64,000 nucleotides of DNA from an uncultured virus (IMG/VR IMGVR_UViG_3300035510_000375). Lineage: Duplodnaviria > Heunggongvirae > Uroviricota > Caudoviricetes. The notes beneath the pieces are model-generated. The model worked only from the letters and a program-made list of their open reading frames with translations, had not been told where the DNA came from and ran no database searches. Each line of letters opens with the position of its first letter. Positions within the stretch are counted from its first letter, which is position 1. This document shows, piece after piece, positions 11,171 through 20,465 of the stretch. Both the position numbers and the translations under genes were made by a program. The stretch lies in IMG/VR virus record IMGVR_UViG_3300035510_000375, one strand, 5' to 3'.

Positions 11171-11986
11171 ATGGAAAGCTTCTATGGAGGCAGACAAGGT
11201 GCCTCCTTTGTTTTAGTAAAATCCTTTGGAAGTAAGGCGGAAATGGTTAGCGCCTTTAAGCAAGGGGGAAGTTATACAGCTGTTCATTATGATGAATATG
11301 TAATTATTAATTCTGAAAATAAGAATAATGCAGATAATGGTAGCGTTTATCGTAGAGGTTATGATTATACTAATAGTTTAGGTGGAGCTATTTATGTAGG
11401 TACTATAGTAGGACCATCTGGAAGGGCACCTCAACTTGAAGTTACTAATGAAGCTGGTGTAGCATCCGCACTAAGCACCGCGCAAGCTAATAATGAAGAT
11501 ATTCTTAGTGGAAGTGGTTCATATATAGCAACGACTAGTAATGGCGGACTAGTACCTGGGGATAGTAATTCTGCAATTACATACTCTTATTGTTCTGTTA
11601 GGGATGAAAATGAAAATGACACCACTGCATATATTGGGTTTACTTTTCCATATACTGTATTTGATGCTAATGTTAATATTATTGATGCATCATCTACAGC
11701 TTCTGTTACCAAATTAGCAGGAGGGGATAGTGAACATCCATTCTATTATAAATGGCAATTTAATATTCCAAGGACTACAGATACTTATGTAGGTGGGATT
11801 AGAAAAACTACCTATGTAGCTGAGTTAAATAAAAAAAATACTATTAATAATTATCCAAGTGATTTAAGTGCAACTACAGAAATTTTTGTTAGTGATACAT
11901 ATGATTATACTGGTGCGCTAAAATACTCTACTTATTTAAGTCAAGCAACTACAGCTTCCGCATTAACTTGGATAGACTTTGAATAG
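11171..11986 (+). CDS. Tail fibre-associated/structural protein (271 aa)
   Basis: RBS AGGAGG; MESFYGGRQGASF start; structural module. Confidence 0.5.
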   Translation: MESFYGGRQGASFVLVKSFGSKAEMVSAFKQGGSYTAVHYDEYVIINSENKNNADNGSVYRRGYDYTNSLGGAIYVGTIVGPSGRAPQLEVTNEAGVASALSTAQANNEDILSGSGSYIATTSNGGLVPGDSNSAITYSYCSVRDENENDTTAYIGFTFPYTVFDANVNIIDASSTASVTKLAGGDSEHPFYYKWQFNIPRTTDTYVGGIRKTTYVAELNKKNTINNYPSDLSATTEIFVSDTYDYTGALKYSTYLSQATTASALTWIDFE

Positions 11987-11999
11987 GTGGTATAAAGGT

Positions 12000-12266
12000 A
12001 TGGCAAATAAAAAATTTGTTCAATTGCATGGACCTTTTTCTGCTAAGCAAGATTTAATGGAAGAAATACGTAAAGAATATTCAGATCTTTCCTATGTTCA
12101 AAAATTAGGAATATTATCTATGCCTACTCATATTTGTAATATTAATGGTAAAAAATATGAAATAGGAAAGACTGGAATATTAGAGTTTAACAATATAGAA
12201 ATAGGTTCGCTATACTTTGAACAATATGAAAATATAGATGCAGAAATTGACTGTATTGTAAAATAA
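12000..12266 (+). CDS. Small structural protein (88 aa)
   Basis: KLGI...INGKKYEIGKTGILE resembles the C-terminus of the 10491 ORF. Confidence 0.5.
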   Translation: MANKKFVQLHGPFSAKQDLMEEIRKEYSDLSYVQKLGILSMPTHICNINGKKYEIGKTGILEFNNIEIGSLYFEQYENIDAEIDCIVK

Positions 12267-12370
12267 GGAGAAGGCATAAAATAAAATATTTTTACAAGTC
12301 CTTTAATGGAAAAGAAATTAGGTAGGAACATAAAAAGGGGGAGAAGGACGTAAAAGAGTAGGAGATTAAA

Positions 12371-14929
12371 ATGGCTATTACTAAACTTATTTTAGATAAT
12401 AACACTTATGATTTTGGCGGGAGTGGGGGAGGAACCACAATCGTTGAAAAAAAATTAACATATATAAAAACAGTTGGCTTTAGCGCAGACAATGACTATG
12501 TTTGTGATGGAACAGCTGATAATATACAAGTACAAGCTGCTATAAACGAAGTAGCTGCCGCAGGAGGAGGAACAGTTTATATTTTAGGAGGTAAGTACTC
12601 CTTCTCTTGTGTAGTTTACTTAGACAGTAATGTTTCAGTAGTTATGTGCTATGATACAGTAATTAAACTTACAAATCAATATATAGCTACTCTTCCTTCA
12701 AAAACAACTAAAGGAAGTGCGACTATTGCGGTTACAGGTGAAATATTAAAAAATATAATTGTAGGTCAGGAAGTTGGCTTCACGAATGGTAAAGTTGGCT
12801 ATGTAACAGAAGGGGAAAATGCTTTTGGTACTTTTGTTACAGCAATAGATGATAAAAACAACACTATTACAGTTTTACAAGCACCTCAATATGAATTTAC
12901 GACTATTTGTACTTTAAATTCAGCTTTTAGATTTGAAGATCAAAGACAATCAACTTATTATGGTATCGGATATAACATATCTATTTCTGGTGGTGAAATT
13001 GATTGTAATAGAGACAATGCAAAAGTATGGATAACAGATTTATTTCAGAATGGTATCATTATTGGCGGGGTCGCCGGTTTGGAGATTAAAGACGTTAGAG
13101 TCCATGATTGTTGTTTCCAAGCTATTCATGTGTGCGGACCTTGGGTATCAGATTACTGGGATGGTGGAACTGATTATGATAATTATACCACTCTTGTAGA
13201 AAGATGCACTGCATGGAATTGTAACTTCGCTGCGATATGTGTAGATAGCTATAAAGAAGCTGTAGTTAAAGATTGTATTGGTAGAAATTCAACTTTTGGG
13301 TTACAATTTGTTGCTTCTAGTAATTGTAAAACTTATGGCGGTTATTATTATAATAATAGCTTTTGCGGAGTTAGATATGCAACAATTGACAATGATGATT
13401 TTGTTTTTCATGGGGTTACCGCAACTAATAATGCTCGTGGCATAGGTATTACTAATTTACATAATTCTACTATTGCAAATTGTTTTATTGAGGGTAATAC
13501 AGAATATGGTATTGCTATTGAAGAAGAATCTTCTTATATCTCAATTACTGGTTGTAGTCTTAAAGATAATGCAATAGGTATTTGGGAATCAAGCAGCGGA
13601 ACTGAGAATAATACAATATGTAATTGTACTTTCAATAATAATATAAATGACTATAGTATAGATACGGCTACTATCATAGGCGGTGGCTCCGGTAGTGGAG
13701 CACTTATCGATGACTCTGTGATGATTTCATCAAGTGATAAAAACCTAATTGCTTCTACTCCTACTGGCTATGCTCAATACGTAGAAGGTACAGTTCCTAA
13801 TGTTTTGACTATCAGTAGTCATAATTTATTTGACGTTACAACTTATGTTTCCGAGGGGGCGTACCAGGGATATAGAGGTACGAGATTACAATTCAAGCCT
13901 AATACCTATTATACTTGCTCTACCGAAGCCACAAGCGGAAATACAGTATACTTCGGTCAATCTTTAAGTATCGGGGTAGATGAGTCTGGAGGCGTGCTTA
14001 CCGCGCAAACTGACGAAAATGGTTATATTTATTTATGGCTATTAAGTGATAGGAGTGATTATTCTAAATATTTAGATGGTAGTTTATGGTTACAAATCGA
14101 GGAAGGTAAAGAAGCTACTTCCTATACACCAGTGGGAGAAATGAGACAAATTCAAATTAATGATTTAGGTCAAATTTTTGCAATTAACTCTGGTTTAACT
14201 ATCGTAGGTGAATATGATTTTAGTATTAAAGGATTATCTTATTTAGATTTGATTACTTTAAATTTAAATGCTTTTTTCTCAAATCTTACTATTGGAGCAA
14301 CTCCAACAGATGGTTATGAAAATGATTATTATACGGATGAAGATTTAGGTATAGAAGATTCTGATGGAAGCTCTGAAGATGATACTGAACATGGTATTTT
14401 ACTTTACAATTGGGATTTTACAGCAGGTAGTCTAATAGATACTGTAGCAGGAATCTCTGCAACTAATACAGGAGCAACTCTTAGTTCAGATGGTCTATCT
14501 TTTGCTAAAGGTTCTCAAAATGTGCTTTTAGGTACAGATGTATTTGGAGTAGGTAGAACATTAGAAATTGTAACTGGCGAAATGTCAAGACAATTTGACT
14601 CTAGCACTCATGGTAGAACATTTATGATTTATAGTACTGATACTAATAAATCTGAAGGATTAGTTTACAGATGGCAAAGTCAATGTTGGAGCTTCTATGT
14701 GAATGGCGCATGGGCAACAGATTCAACACTTACAGATGCAAATTATTTTGATAATTGTACATTAAAATTTGTTTCGGATAGTAAAGGATACATTAATTTA
14801 TATAAAGATGGTGAATTAGTGTATACTTCATCTAGGGCATTTGATAAGAATCGTACAGCTATATGTCTTGGCGGCTATGCAGATAGCTTCTACAATATGA
14901 CTATTAAGTCAGTATCAATATATTCATAA
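12371..14929 (+). CDS. Tailspike/depolymerase with right-handed beta-helix and C-terminal LamG/ConA-like domain
   Basis: DYVCDGTADNIQVQAAIN..GGGTVYILGGKY pectate-lyase-like start; N/C/I ladder repeats; C-terminal YNWDF..SLIDTV..IKSVSIY. Confidence 0.75.
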   Translation: MAITKLILDNNTYDFGGSGGGTTIVEKKLTYIKTVGFSADNDYVCDGTADNIQVQAAINEVAAAGGGTVYILGGKYSFSCVVYLDSNVSVVMCYDTVIKLTNQYIATLPSKTTKGSATIAVTGEILKNIIVGQEVGFTNGKVGYVTEGENAFGTFVTAIDDKNNTITVLQAPQYEFTTICTLNSAFRFEDQRQSTYYGIGYNISISGGEIDCNRDNAKVWITDLFQNGIIIGGVAGLEIKDVRVHDCCFQAIHVCGPWVSDYWDGGTDYDNYTTLVERCTAWNCNFAAICVDSYKEAVVKDCIGRNSTFGLQFVASSNCKTYGGYYYNNSFCGVRYATIDNDDFVFHGVTATNNARGIGITNLHNSTIANCFIEGNTEYGIAIEEESSYISITGCSLKDNAIGIWESSSGTENNTICNCTFNNNINDYSIDTATIIGGGSGSGALIDDSVMISSSDKNLIASTPTGYAQYVEGTVPNVLTISSHNLFDVTTYVSEGAYQGYRGTRLQFKPNTYYTCSTEATSGNTVYFGQSLSIGVDESGGVLTAQTDENGYIYLWLLSDRSDYSKYLDGSLWLQIEEGKEATSYTPVGEMRQIQINDLGQIFAINSGLTIVGEYDFSIKGLSYLDLITLNLNAFFSNLTIGATPTDGYENDYYTDEDLGIEDSDGSSEDDTEHGILLYNWDFTAGSLIDTVAGISATNTGATLSSDGLSFAKGSQNVLLGTDVFGVGRTLEIVTGEMSRQFDSSTHGRTFMIYSTDTNKSEGLVYRWQSQCWSFYVNGAWATDSTLTDANYFDNCTLKFVSDSKGYINLYKDGELVYTSSRAFDKNRTAICLGGYADSFYNMTIKSVSIYS

Positions 14930-14940
14930 GGGGAGATTAA

Positions 14941-15744
14941 ATGGATAGTTTAACTTTTTATAACAATGATTTAAGGTCAATCTTTCCAGTTGCTATTAAT
15001 TTTGATAAAACTTTTAAAAGTGTCAACCATAGGGGCTACAGTAATGTAGCTCCGGAGAATACACTCGCCGCCTTCCGCCTTTCTAAATTTCAAGGTTTTA
15101 ATTATGTAGAAACTGATATAAGTTTTACTGCGGATGGTATTCCAGTTTTATCTCATGATGCTACTATTGACAGATGTTCTAATGGTTCTGGTACTGTAAG
15201 TGAAATGAGCTATGAAGACATTAGAGCTTATGATTTTGGTAGTTGGAAAAACTCAATATATGAGGGAGAGCGTATACCTAATTTTAAAGAATTTTTAAAA
15301 TGCTGTAAAATGTTAGGATTACATCCTTATATTGAAATTAAAAGTAATGCAACTTATACAAAAGACCAATTAAAAATGTTAGTACAAAATGTAAAAGAAT
15401 ACGGAATGCAAGGCAAAGTTACTTGGATTTCATTTAATATTGATTACTTAAACACTATTGGCAATACAGATAATACTGCGAGAATTGGTTATTTACAAGC
15501 ACCAACAGAAACAAGAGTAGGATATTTATTAAGTTTACGCAATAAAGGTTGCGATGTATTCTTTGATAGTAATTATACAGTTTGTGATGATGAAAAAATT
15601 CAACTTTGTATAGATAATGATATTCCTCTTGAAGTATGGACTCTTGATGAAGTAAATGATTTAATGAGTTTAGATCCTTATATTAGCGGAATTACTACTA
15701 ATTGTTTAATTGCTGGAAAAGAATTTTATAATAAATATATTTAA
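14941..15744 (+). CDS. Glycerophosphodiester phosphodiesterase (GDPD family)
   Basis: HRG..APENTLAAF, VETDISFTADG.PVLSHD, IEIK, VWT, GITTN motifs. Confidence 0.9.
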   Translation: MDSLTFYNNDLRSIFPVAINFDKTFKSVNHRGYSNVAPENTLAAFRLSKFQGFNYVETDISFTADGIPVLSHDATIDRCSNGSGTVSEMSYEDIRAYDFGSWKNSIYEGERIPNFKEFLKCCKMLGLHPYIEIKSNATYTKDQLKMLVQNVKEYGMQGKVTWISFNIDYLNTIGNTDNTARIGYLQAPTETRVGYLLSLRNKGCDVFFDSNYTVCDDEKIQLCIDNDIPLEVWTLDEVNDLMSLDPYISGITTNCLIAGKEFYNKYI

Positions 15745-15768
15745 AAAATAGCTAAGGGGGGAAATGAA

Positions 15769-16662
15769 ATGGCTATTAGTAAATTAATTTTAGATAATAA
15801 TGAATATGATTTAAGCGGGGGAAGTGGAGGTAACACTTCATTTTCTGTTGCAGATAGCACTTTATTTATTGAATCAAGTGGTTATTCTAATTATTCAGAG
15901 CCTACTTTATATGAAGGAAGAGAATTAGATGAATTTACATGGGCAGATTTGAAGCAAAAATGTAGAAATAATGATTTTTCAGGTCTTAGAGTTGGAGATT
16001 ATAAAACTATTACTACTTTTGGCTATTCTAATCGTATGTGTATAGCGGGTATTGATACCTATTATGGCTCTGGAATGGACTATCATCATATAGATTGGAT
16101 TGGGAAAAATGTAGCACCGGTATCCGGCCCCTGGAGCTCATCTCGTATTGATAATAATGGAAACCCTTATCCTTATAGGTATACTTATTGGAGCAATAGT
16201 ACATTTCATGATTCAGGGTTGCCTTCTGAAGTTATAAACGTACTTAGTAGTAAAGAAGCTCCAATGGAAAGACGATGCGGCAGAGATGGTGCTAATAGTA
16301 TTATAACAATAGATAATTCTAATGGAATTAATATCTATTGGTATAATGCAGCTAATTATTTGTGGCTTCCAACAGAATACGAGGTTTTTGGCTCTACTAT
16401 TGCGGGAACTCCAAAATTTTCTACTACTGGAGTACAATATCCTATATTTAGAAATAATCCATCTTTTAGAGTAAAAAGCACTCGAGATGGGGGTTCTGCT
16501 GTAAAATGGTGGTTAGCAACTGTAGCTGCAAATTCAACTACAGAAGTTTGCGCAGTAGATTCTCATGGTATTCTTGTTACTTGTCAAGGTCCATACATTT
16601 CAGGTAGCTCTTATAATACATTTAACTATCATCCAATATGTTTTACAATTTCAGGAGAATAA
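15769..16662 (+). CDS. Putative receptor-binding protein, paralog 1 (DUF6273/C-type-lectin-like)
   Basis: LRVGDYKT, IAGIDTYY, HHIDW, LWLPTEYEVFG, QYPIF, WWL, PICF motifs. Confidence 0.65.
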   Translation: MAISKLILDNNEYDLSGGSGGNTSFSVADSTLFIESSGYSNYSEPTLYEGRELDEFTWADLKQKCRNNDFSGLRVGDYKTITTFGYSNRMCIAGIDTYYGSGMDYHHIDWIGKNVAPVSGPWSSSRIDNNGNPYPYRYTYWSNSTFHDSGLPSEVINVLSSKEAPMERRCGRDGANSIITIDNSNGINIYWYNAANYLWLPTEYEVFGSTIAGTPKFSTTGVQYPIFRNNPSFRVKSTRDGGSAVKWWLATVAANSTTEVCAVDSHGILVTCQGPYISGSSYNTFNYHPICFTISGE

Positions 16663-16664
16663 AA

Positions 16665-17540
16665 ATGACACAATTAACAAATATATCTTTAAATGATGAA
16701 AAATTTAGAATTACTAATAGTTCTCCTTCTCCATTATATCGAGGTCATGAATTAGATGAATTTACTTGGTCAGAGCTAAAGCAAAAATGTGTAGATAATG
16801 ATTTTTCTGGGCTTCATGTAGGAGATTGGAAAACTGTTACTTTAGCTACTAATGAACAAATAGTAATGCAGATTGCGGGAATAGATACTTTTTATGGATT
16901 ATGTGAGCAATATACTCATCACATAGACTGGGTACCTAAAAATGGGTTATCTACTTTACAAATATGGGGAGATAATGATACATGTTATATGTTTCCTGGT
17001 TATTCTTATTTAGAAAGTGATATATATAAGTTTTTAAATAATACAGTATATAATTGGTTCCCAACAGAAGTTAGAAATGTAATAATTAATAAAAAAGATT
17101 ATTTAGAATATCGTGAAAATACAAAATATCCAAGCAAATCTAATGCGTGTCAAAGTCTTACTTCTGATTATGGATTATGCGATTTAGGTAAGATTTGGCT
17201 TTTGTCTGAATATGAAATATGCGGTTCAATAAATTATGGAGAAGCACCTTATTCAGCCATTTCTGCTATTCAGTATCCTTTATTTGCGAATTATGGTAGG
17301 GAAGTTAGGGTAAAAAAGAATGGTGCAACTGGAATAGACCAGTGCTGGTGGCTAAGAAATTTAGTGGTGTGCGGGAGTCCTTATAGTGAAAAATTAGGAT
17401 ATAACGAAGAAGAAGGAACCGTTGCATTTAATAATACAGGATTTTGTGGTCAAATTAATTGGTATGGTTGCCCTGGCCGTAGTTTAGCTACTTATCATAA
17501 TACATATTTAGTAGTTCCTTGTTTTAGAATAGGGGGATAA
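16665..17540 (+). CDS. Putative receptor-binding protein, paralog 2
   Basis: Same motif set; RBS AGGAG before ATG 16665. Confidence 0.65.
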   Translation: MTQLTNISLNDEKFRITNSSPSPLYRGHELDEFTWSELKQKCVDNDFSGLHVGDWKTVTLATNEQIVMQIAGIDTFYGLCEQYTHHIDWVPKNGLSTLQIWGDNDTCYMFPGYSYLESDIYKFLNNTVYNWFPTEVRNVIINKKDYLEYRENTKYPSKSNACQSLTSDYGLCDLGKIWLLSEYEICGSINYGEAPYSAISAIQYPLFANYGREVRVKKNGATGIDQCWWLRNLVVCGSPYSEKLGYNEEEGTVAFNNTGFCGQINWYGCPGRSLATYHNTYLVVPCFRIGG

Positions 17541-17542
17541 TT

Positions 17543-18445
17543 ATGTCAAATTATTTAAAAAATATAAATTTAAATGGAACAGAATATAGTATTGCTTCTA
17601 ATATTCATCAAGAACCTACTTTATTTACACAAGGAAGAGAATTGAATGAGTTTACTTGGTCAGATTTAAAACAGAAATGTTTGGATAATGACTTTTCAGG
17701 CTTACAAATTGGTGATTATAAAACTATTATTTTAGATGGAGGGGATGATGTTCTTTATGCTATGAAAACTATTAAAATGCAGATTGCGGGAATAGATACT
17801 TATTATGGAATGCGCTATGGATGGGTAGGAGGAGACCCTTTTTGGAAAATAGGTCATCATATAGATTGGATTAGTAAGGATGTTCTCTATGCCGGAACAG
17901 AAGATTCGCACTGGACATTGACAGATTTTTCGTCTATATCTGCTTATACTCAATATTCTCCATTTAAAAAATCTAATATATATTCTTATTTAAATAATAC
18001 TTTTTTTAATTATTTATCAGAGGAATTACAATCTTGTATTACTACTAAAATAAATCCTATGACAACTGGCTATCCAGCAGGAATGTTAGATAGCGGTGAA
18101 ATAGGAAAATTATGGCTGCCTACTGAAGGAGAAGTGTTTGGAAGCGTTAGACCTAGATTATCTGATGAAGCAGCATATTATGCTTCTACAGGTTATGCTT
18201 CTACAATACAGTACCCTATTTTTAGAAATGCTAGCAGTAGAATGAAACATATAGCTAATAGTTTTATGAATGATAGTTATCGTTATACTAATCTTGTATG
18301 GCCATTGGCTACTACTGATGGAAAGGAAAATACTGCAATACTTTATGTAGATGATTATGGAAGCTTAACAAAGCTTAAATACATGGATTGTAATTCTAAT
18401 TTCCTTATTTGCTTTAGAATAGGAGGAGAATGGAATGATAATTAA
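17543..18445 (+). CDS. Putative receptor-binding protein, paralog 3
   Basis: Same motif set (LQIGDYKT, MQIAGIDTYYG, HHIDW, LWLPTEGEVFG, CFRIGG). Confidence 0.65.
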   Translation: MSNYLKNINLNGTEYSIASNIHQEPTLFTQGRELNEFTWSDLKQKCLDNDFSGLQIGDYKTIILDGGDDVLYAMKTIKMQIAGIDTYYGMRYGWVGGDPFWKIGHHIDWISKDVLYAGTEDSHWTLTDFSSISAYTQYSPFKKSNIYSYLNNTFFNYLSEELQSCITTKINPMTTGYPAGMLDSGEIGKLWLPTEGEVFGSVRPRLSDEAAYYASTGYASTIQYPIFRNASSRMKHIANSFMNDSYRYTNLVWPLATTDGKENTAILYVDDYGSLTKLKYMDCNSNFLICFRIGGEWNDN

Positions 18446-19283
18446 TAGTATAAACTTAGATGGTAAATTATATACTTTTGGTGAAGATTCTGGCCTTGAA
18501 ATAGATATGTATGAAGGTAGAGAGATAACTGAATATAGTTGGACTGAATTATTACAAAAAATTTTAAATAATGATTTACTTGATTTAAGGGTGGGAGATT
18601 GGAAGTCTTTAACATTAAATAATGGTGAAGTAGTTGAAATGCAAATTGCGGGGATAGATACTTATTATGGCTCATATGCATACACTAGTAATGGTAATAA
18701 TGCTAATTTGTATCATCATATTGATTGGATAAGTAAAAATTGTTTAAATTCTACTTATGTGTGGGATTCAACTGGTAAGAGTGCTGCAGGTACTAACCGC
18801 GATTCTATATTTCAACAAAAACAAGGAGCAACTGGAACTCCAATAATACAAGCAGATTTATGGTATGATTTAAATAATATATATACTACACTTTTGCCAG
18901 ATGAAGTTCAACATATAATTCTTAATAAATATATTTATTCAGAAGTAGCAAGGTCTAAAGATATGATTGATTCAAAAACTACAGGTATTTTTAGTCCAGG
19001 CTATTTGTGGCTTCCCACTGAATGTGAGGTATTTGGATGTGCGCTTTGGGGAACGGATAAAATCTCAGATGTTCAGCAGACGCAATATCCTTTGTTTAAA
19101 TTTAGACCTAGAACTAGATTAAAAAAGAGTAATGGTTCTCCTATTAGTTGGTGGCTTAATACGCCAGCAAGTGGAGATAATACTACAGTATGTTGTGTAC
19201 ACGCTAATGGGTATGCTTGTCATGAAGCAGCCGATACCTCATTAGGTGTGCCACTTTGCTTTAGAATTGGTGGTATGATATAA
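18435..19283 (+). CDS. Putative receptor-binding protein, paralog 4
   Basis: Same motif set (LRVGDWK, MQIAGIDTYYG, HHIDW, LWLPTECEVFG, WWL, VPLCFRIGG). Confidence 0.65.
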   Translation: MIINSINLDGKLYTFGEDSGLEIDMYEGREITEYSWTELLQKILNNDLLDLRVGDWKSLTLNNGEVVEMQIAGIDTYYGSYAYTSNGNNANLYHHIDWISKNCLNSTYVWDSTGKSAAGTNRDSIFQQKQGATGTPIIQADLWYDLNNIYTTLLPDEVQHIILNKYIYSEVARSKDMIDSKTTGIFSPGYLWLPTECEVFGCALWGTDKISDVQQTQYPLFKFRPRTRLKKSNGSPISWWLNTPASGDNTTVCCVHANGYACHEAADTSLGVPLCFRIGGMI

Positions 19284-19301
19284 GGATAAAAGGAGTCTAA
19301 T

Positions 19302-19556
19302 ATGGAAACTTATGAACAAATAGAAAATTATAATTGTCAAATTCGTGCTCTTAAACAAGCTTTAGAAATGAGTGATTACAAAGCCATTAAGTATGCGGAA
19401 GGCGCTATTTCTGAAGAAGAATATGCAGAGGCAAAAAATATAAGAGCTAGCTATAGAGCTCAAATTAATAAGTTAGAGGCGGAAATCGCTGAACTACAAG
19501 CTACTCTTCCTCAAGTGGATGATGAAGAGTGGAAAAAATGGATAATAAATGAATAA
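19302..19556 (+). CDS. Tail fibre assembly chaperone-like protein
   Basis: LKQALEMSDYKAIK...R..YRAQINKLE pattern typical of small genes following fibre genes. Confidence 0.55.
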   Translation: METYEQIENYNCQIRALKQALEMSDYKAIKYAEGAISEEEYAEAKNIRASYRAQINKLEAEIAELQATLPQVDDEEWKKWIINE

Positions 19557-19565
19557 TATATACAT

Positions 19566-19597
19566 TGTGCGTAGATTAATTTCTACGCACATTTTTT
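19566..19597 (+). terminator. Intrinsic terminator ending the tail operon
   Basis: TGTGCGTAGA/TCTACGCACA stem plus T-run. Confidence 0.8.
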
Positions 19598-19736
19598 ATT
19601 TTTGCAAGTCTTATTTAAATCCTATTTAGGATATTTTCTTAAAAAACTTTTCTAATGATAAAATTATAATCCCTTTAAAAATAAAATTAGCTACCTGCCA
19701 AATTTAAATGCGGTAAGAAATTTTAATGAAAATTTA

Positions 19737-19783
19737 GGACAACTTATTAAATTCCATTTATAGAAATTTTCATATAAATATGT
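19737..19783 (+). promoter_or_regulatory. Putative late promoter of the five-gene cassette
   Basis: GGACA-N27-TTCATATAAATATG. Confidence 0.5.
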
Positions 19784-19824
19784 CAAGAAGGACAAAAGAA
19801 ATAAAAGGAGGAATTAATAAGTAA

Positions 19825-20202
19825 ATGAATTATTATAATCCAGGCTATATGAATGGTTATCAGTATAATTATATGCCACAGCAACCGCAGATACAACAAC
19901 AGCAATATTTAAATGGTAAAATAGTTGATAGCGCAGATGTTGTAAAAGCAACTGAAGTTCCTATAGGCGGGTATGGCGTATTTCCAAAAGCAGATTTAAG
20001 TGAAGTATATATTAAGTCATGGAATAATAATGGTACGACTAGTATTATTACATTTAAGCCTGCATCCCCCGAGCCAGCGCCCGCCGCACAAAACCTAAAT
20101 GATATTTTATTACAAAAAATAGAGGGATTAGAAAATAAAATTGATTCCCTCTTGAAACCAAAAGACACAAAGAAAGTAGAGGTAGTTAAAAATGGCTTCT
20201 AA
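19825..20202 (+). CDS. Cassette gene 1: Q/Y/N-rich N-terminus plus small beta domain, unknown function
   Basis: RBS AGGAGG; YYNPGYMNGYQYNYMPQQPQ; VFPKADLSEVYIKSWNNNG. Confidence 0.75.
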   Translation: MNYYNPGYMNGYQYNYMPQQPQIQQQQYLNGKIVDSADVVKATEVPIGGYGVFPKADLSEVYIKSWNNNGTTSIITFKPASPEPAPAAQNLNDILLQKIEGLENKIDSLLKPKDTKKVEVVKNGF

Positions 20203-20437
20203 TGTAAATCCCATGCAATTTATACAAATGGTAAAAGGATGCGGGAACCTGCAGAATTTTGTTATGAATGTACTACAACAGCAATCTCAAAATAATCCTA
20301 TTGCTACTAATTTATTTAATTTAGCAAAAAATAATCAGACTGCTGAAATAGAGCAAGTTGCTCGAAATTTATGTAAAGAGCAAGGAAAAGATTTTGATAA
20401 AGAATTTAATGATTTCAAACGTATGTTTGGACTTTAA
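20192..20437 (+). CDS. Cassette gene 2: small helical N/Q/M-rich protein, unknown function
   Basis: RBS GAGGT; NPMQFIQM..IEQVARNLCKEQGKD. Confidence 0.75.
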   Translation: MASNVNPMQFIQMVKGCGNLQNFVMNVLQQQSQNNPIATNLFNLAKNNQTAEIEQVARNLCKEQGKDFDKEFNDFKRMFGL

Positions 20438-20465
20438 ATAAATAAATATTTTATACAGGAGGAAA

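Noticed and set aside
15769..19283. Active diversity-generating retroelement
   Set aside because: No reverse transcriptase and no near-identical template/variable repeat pair visible in the window
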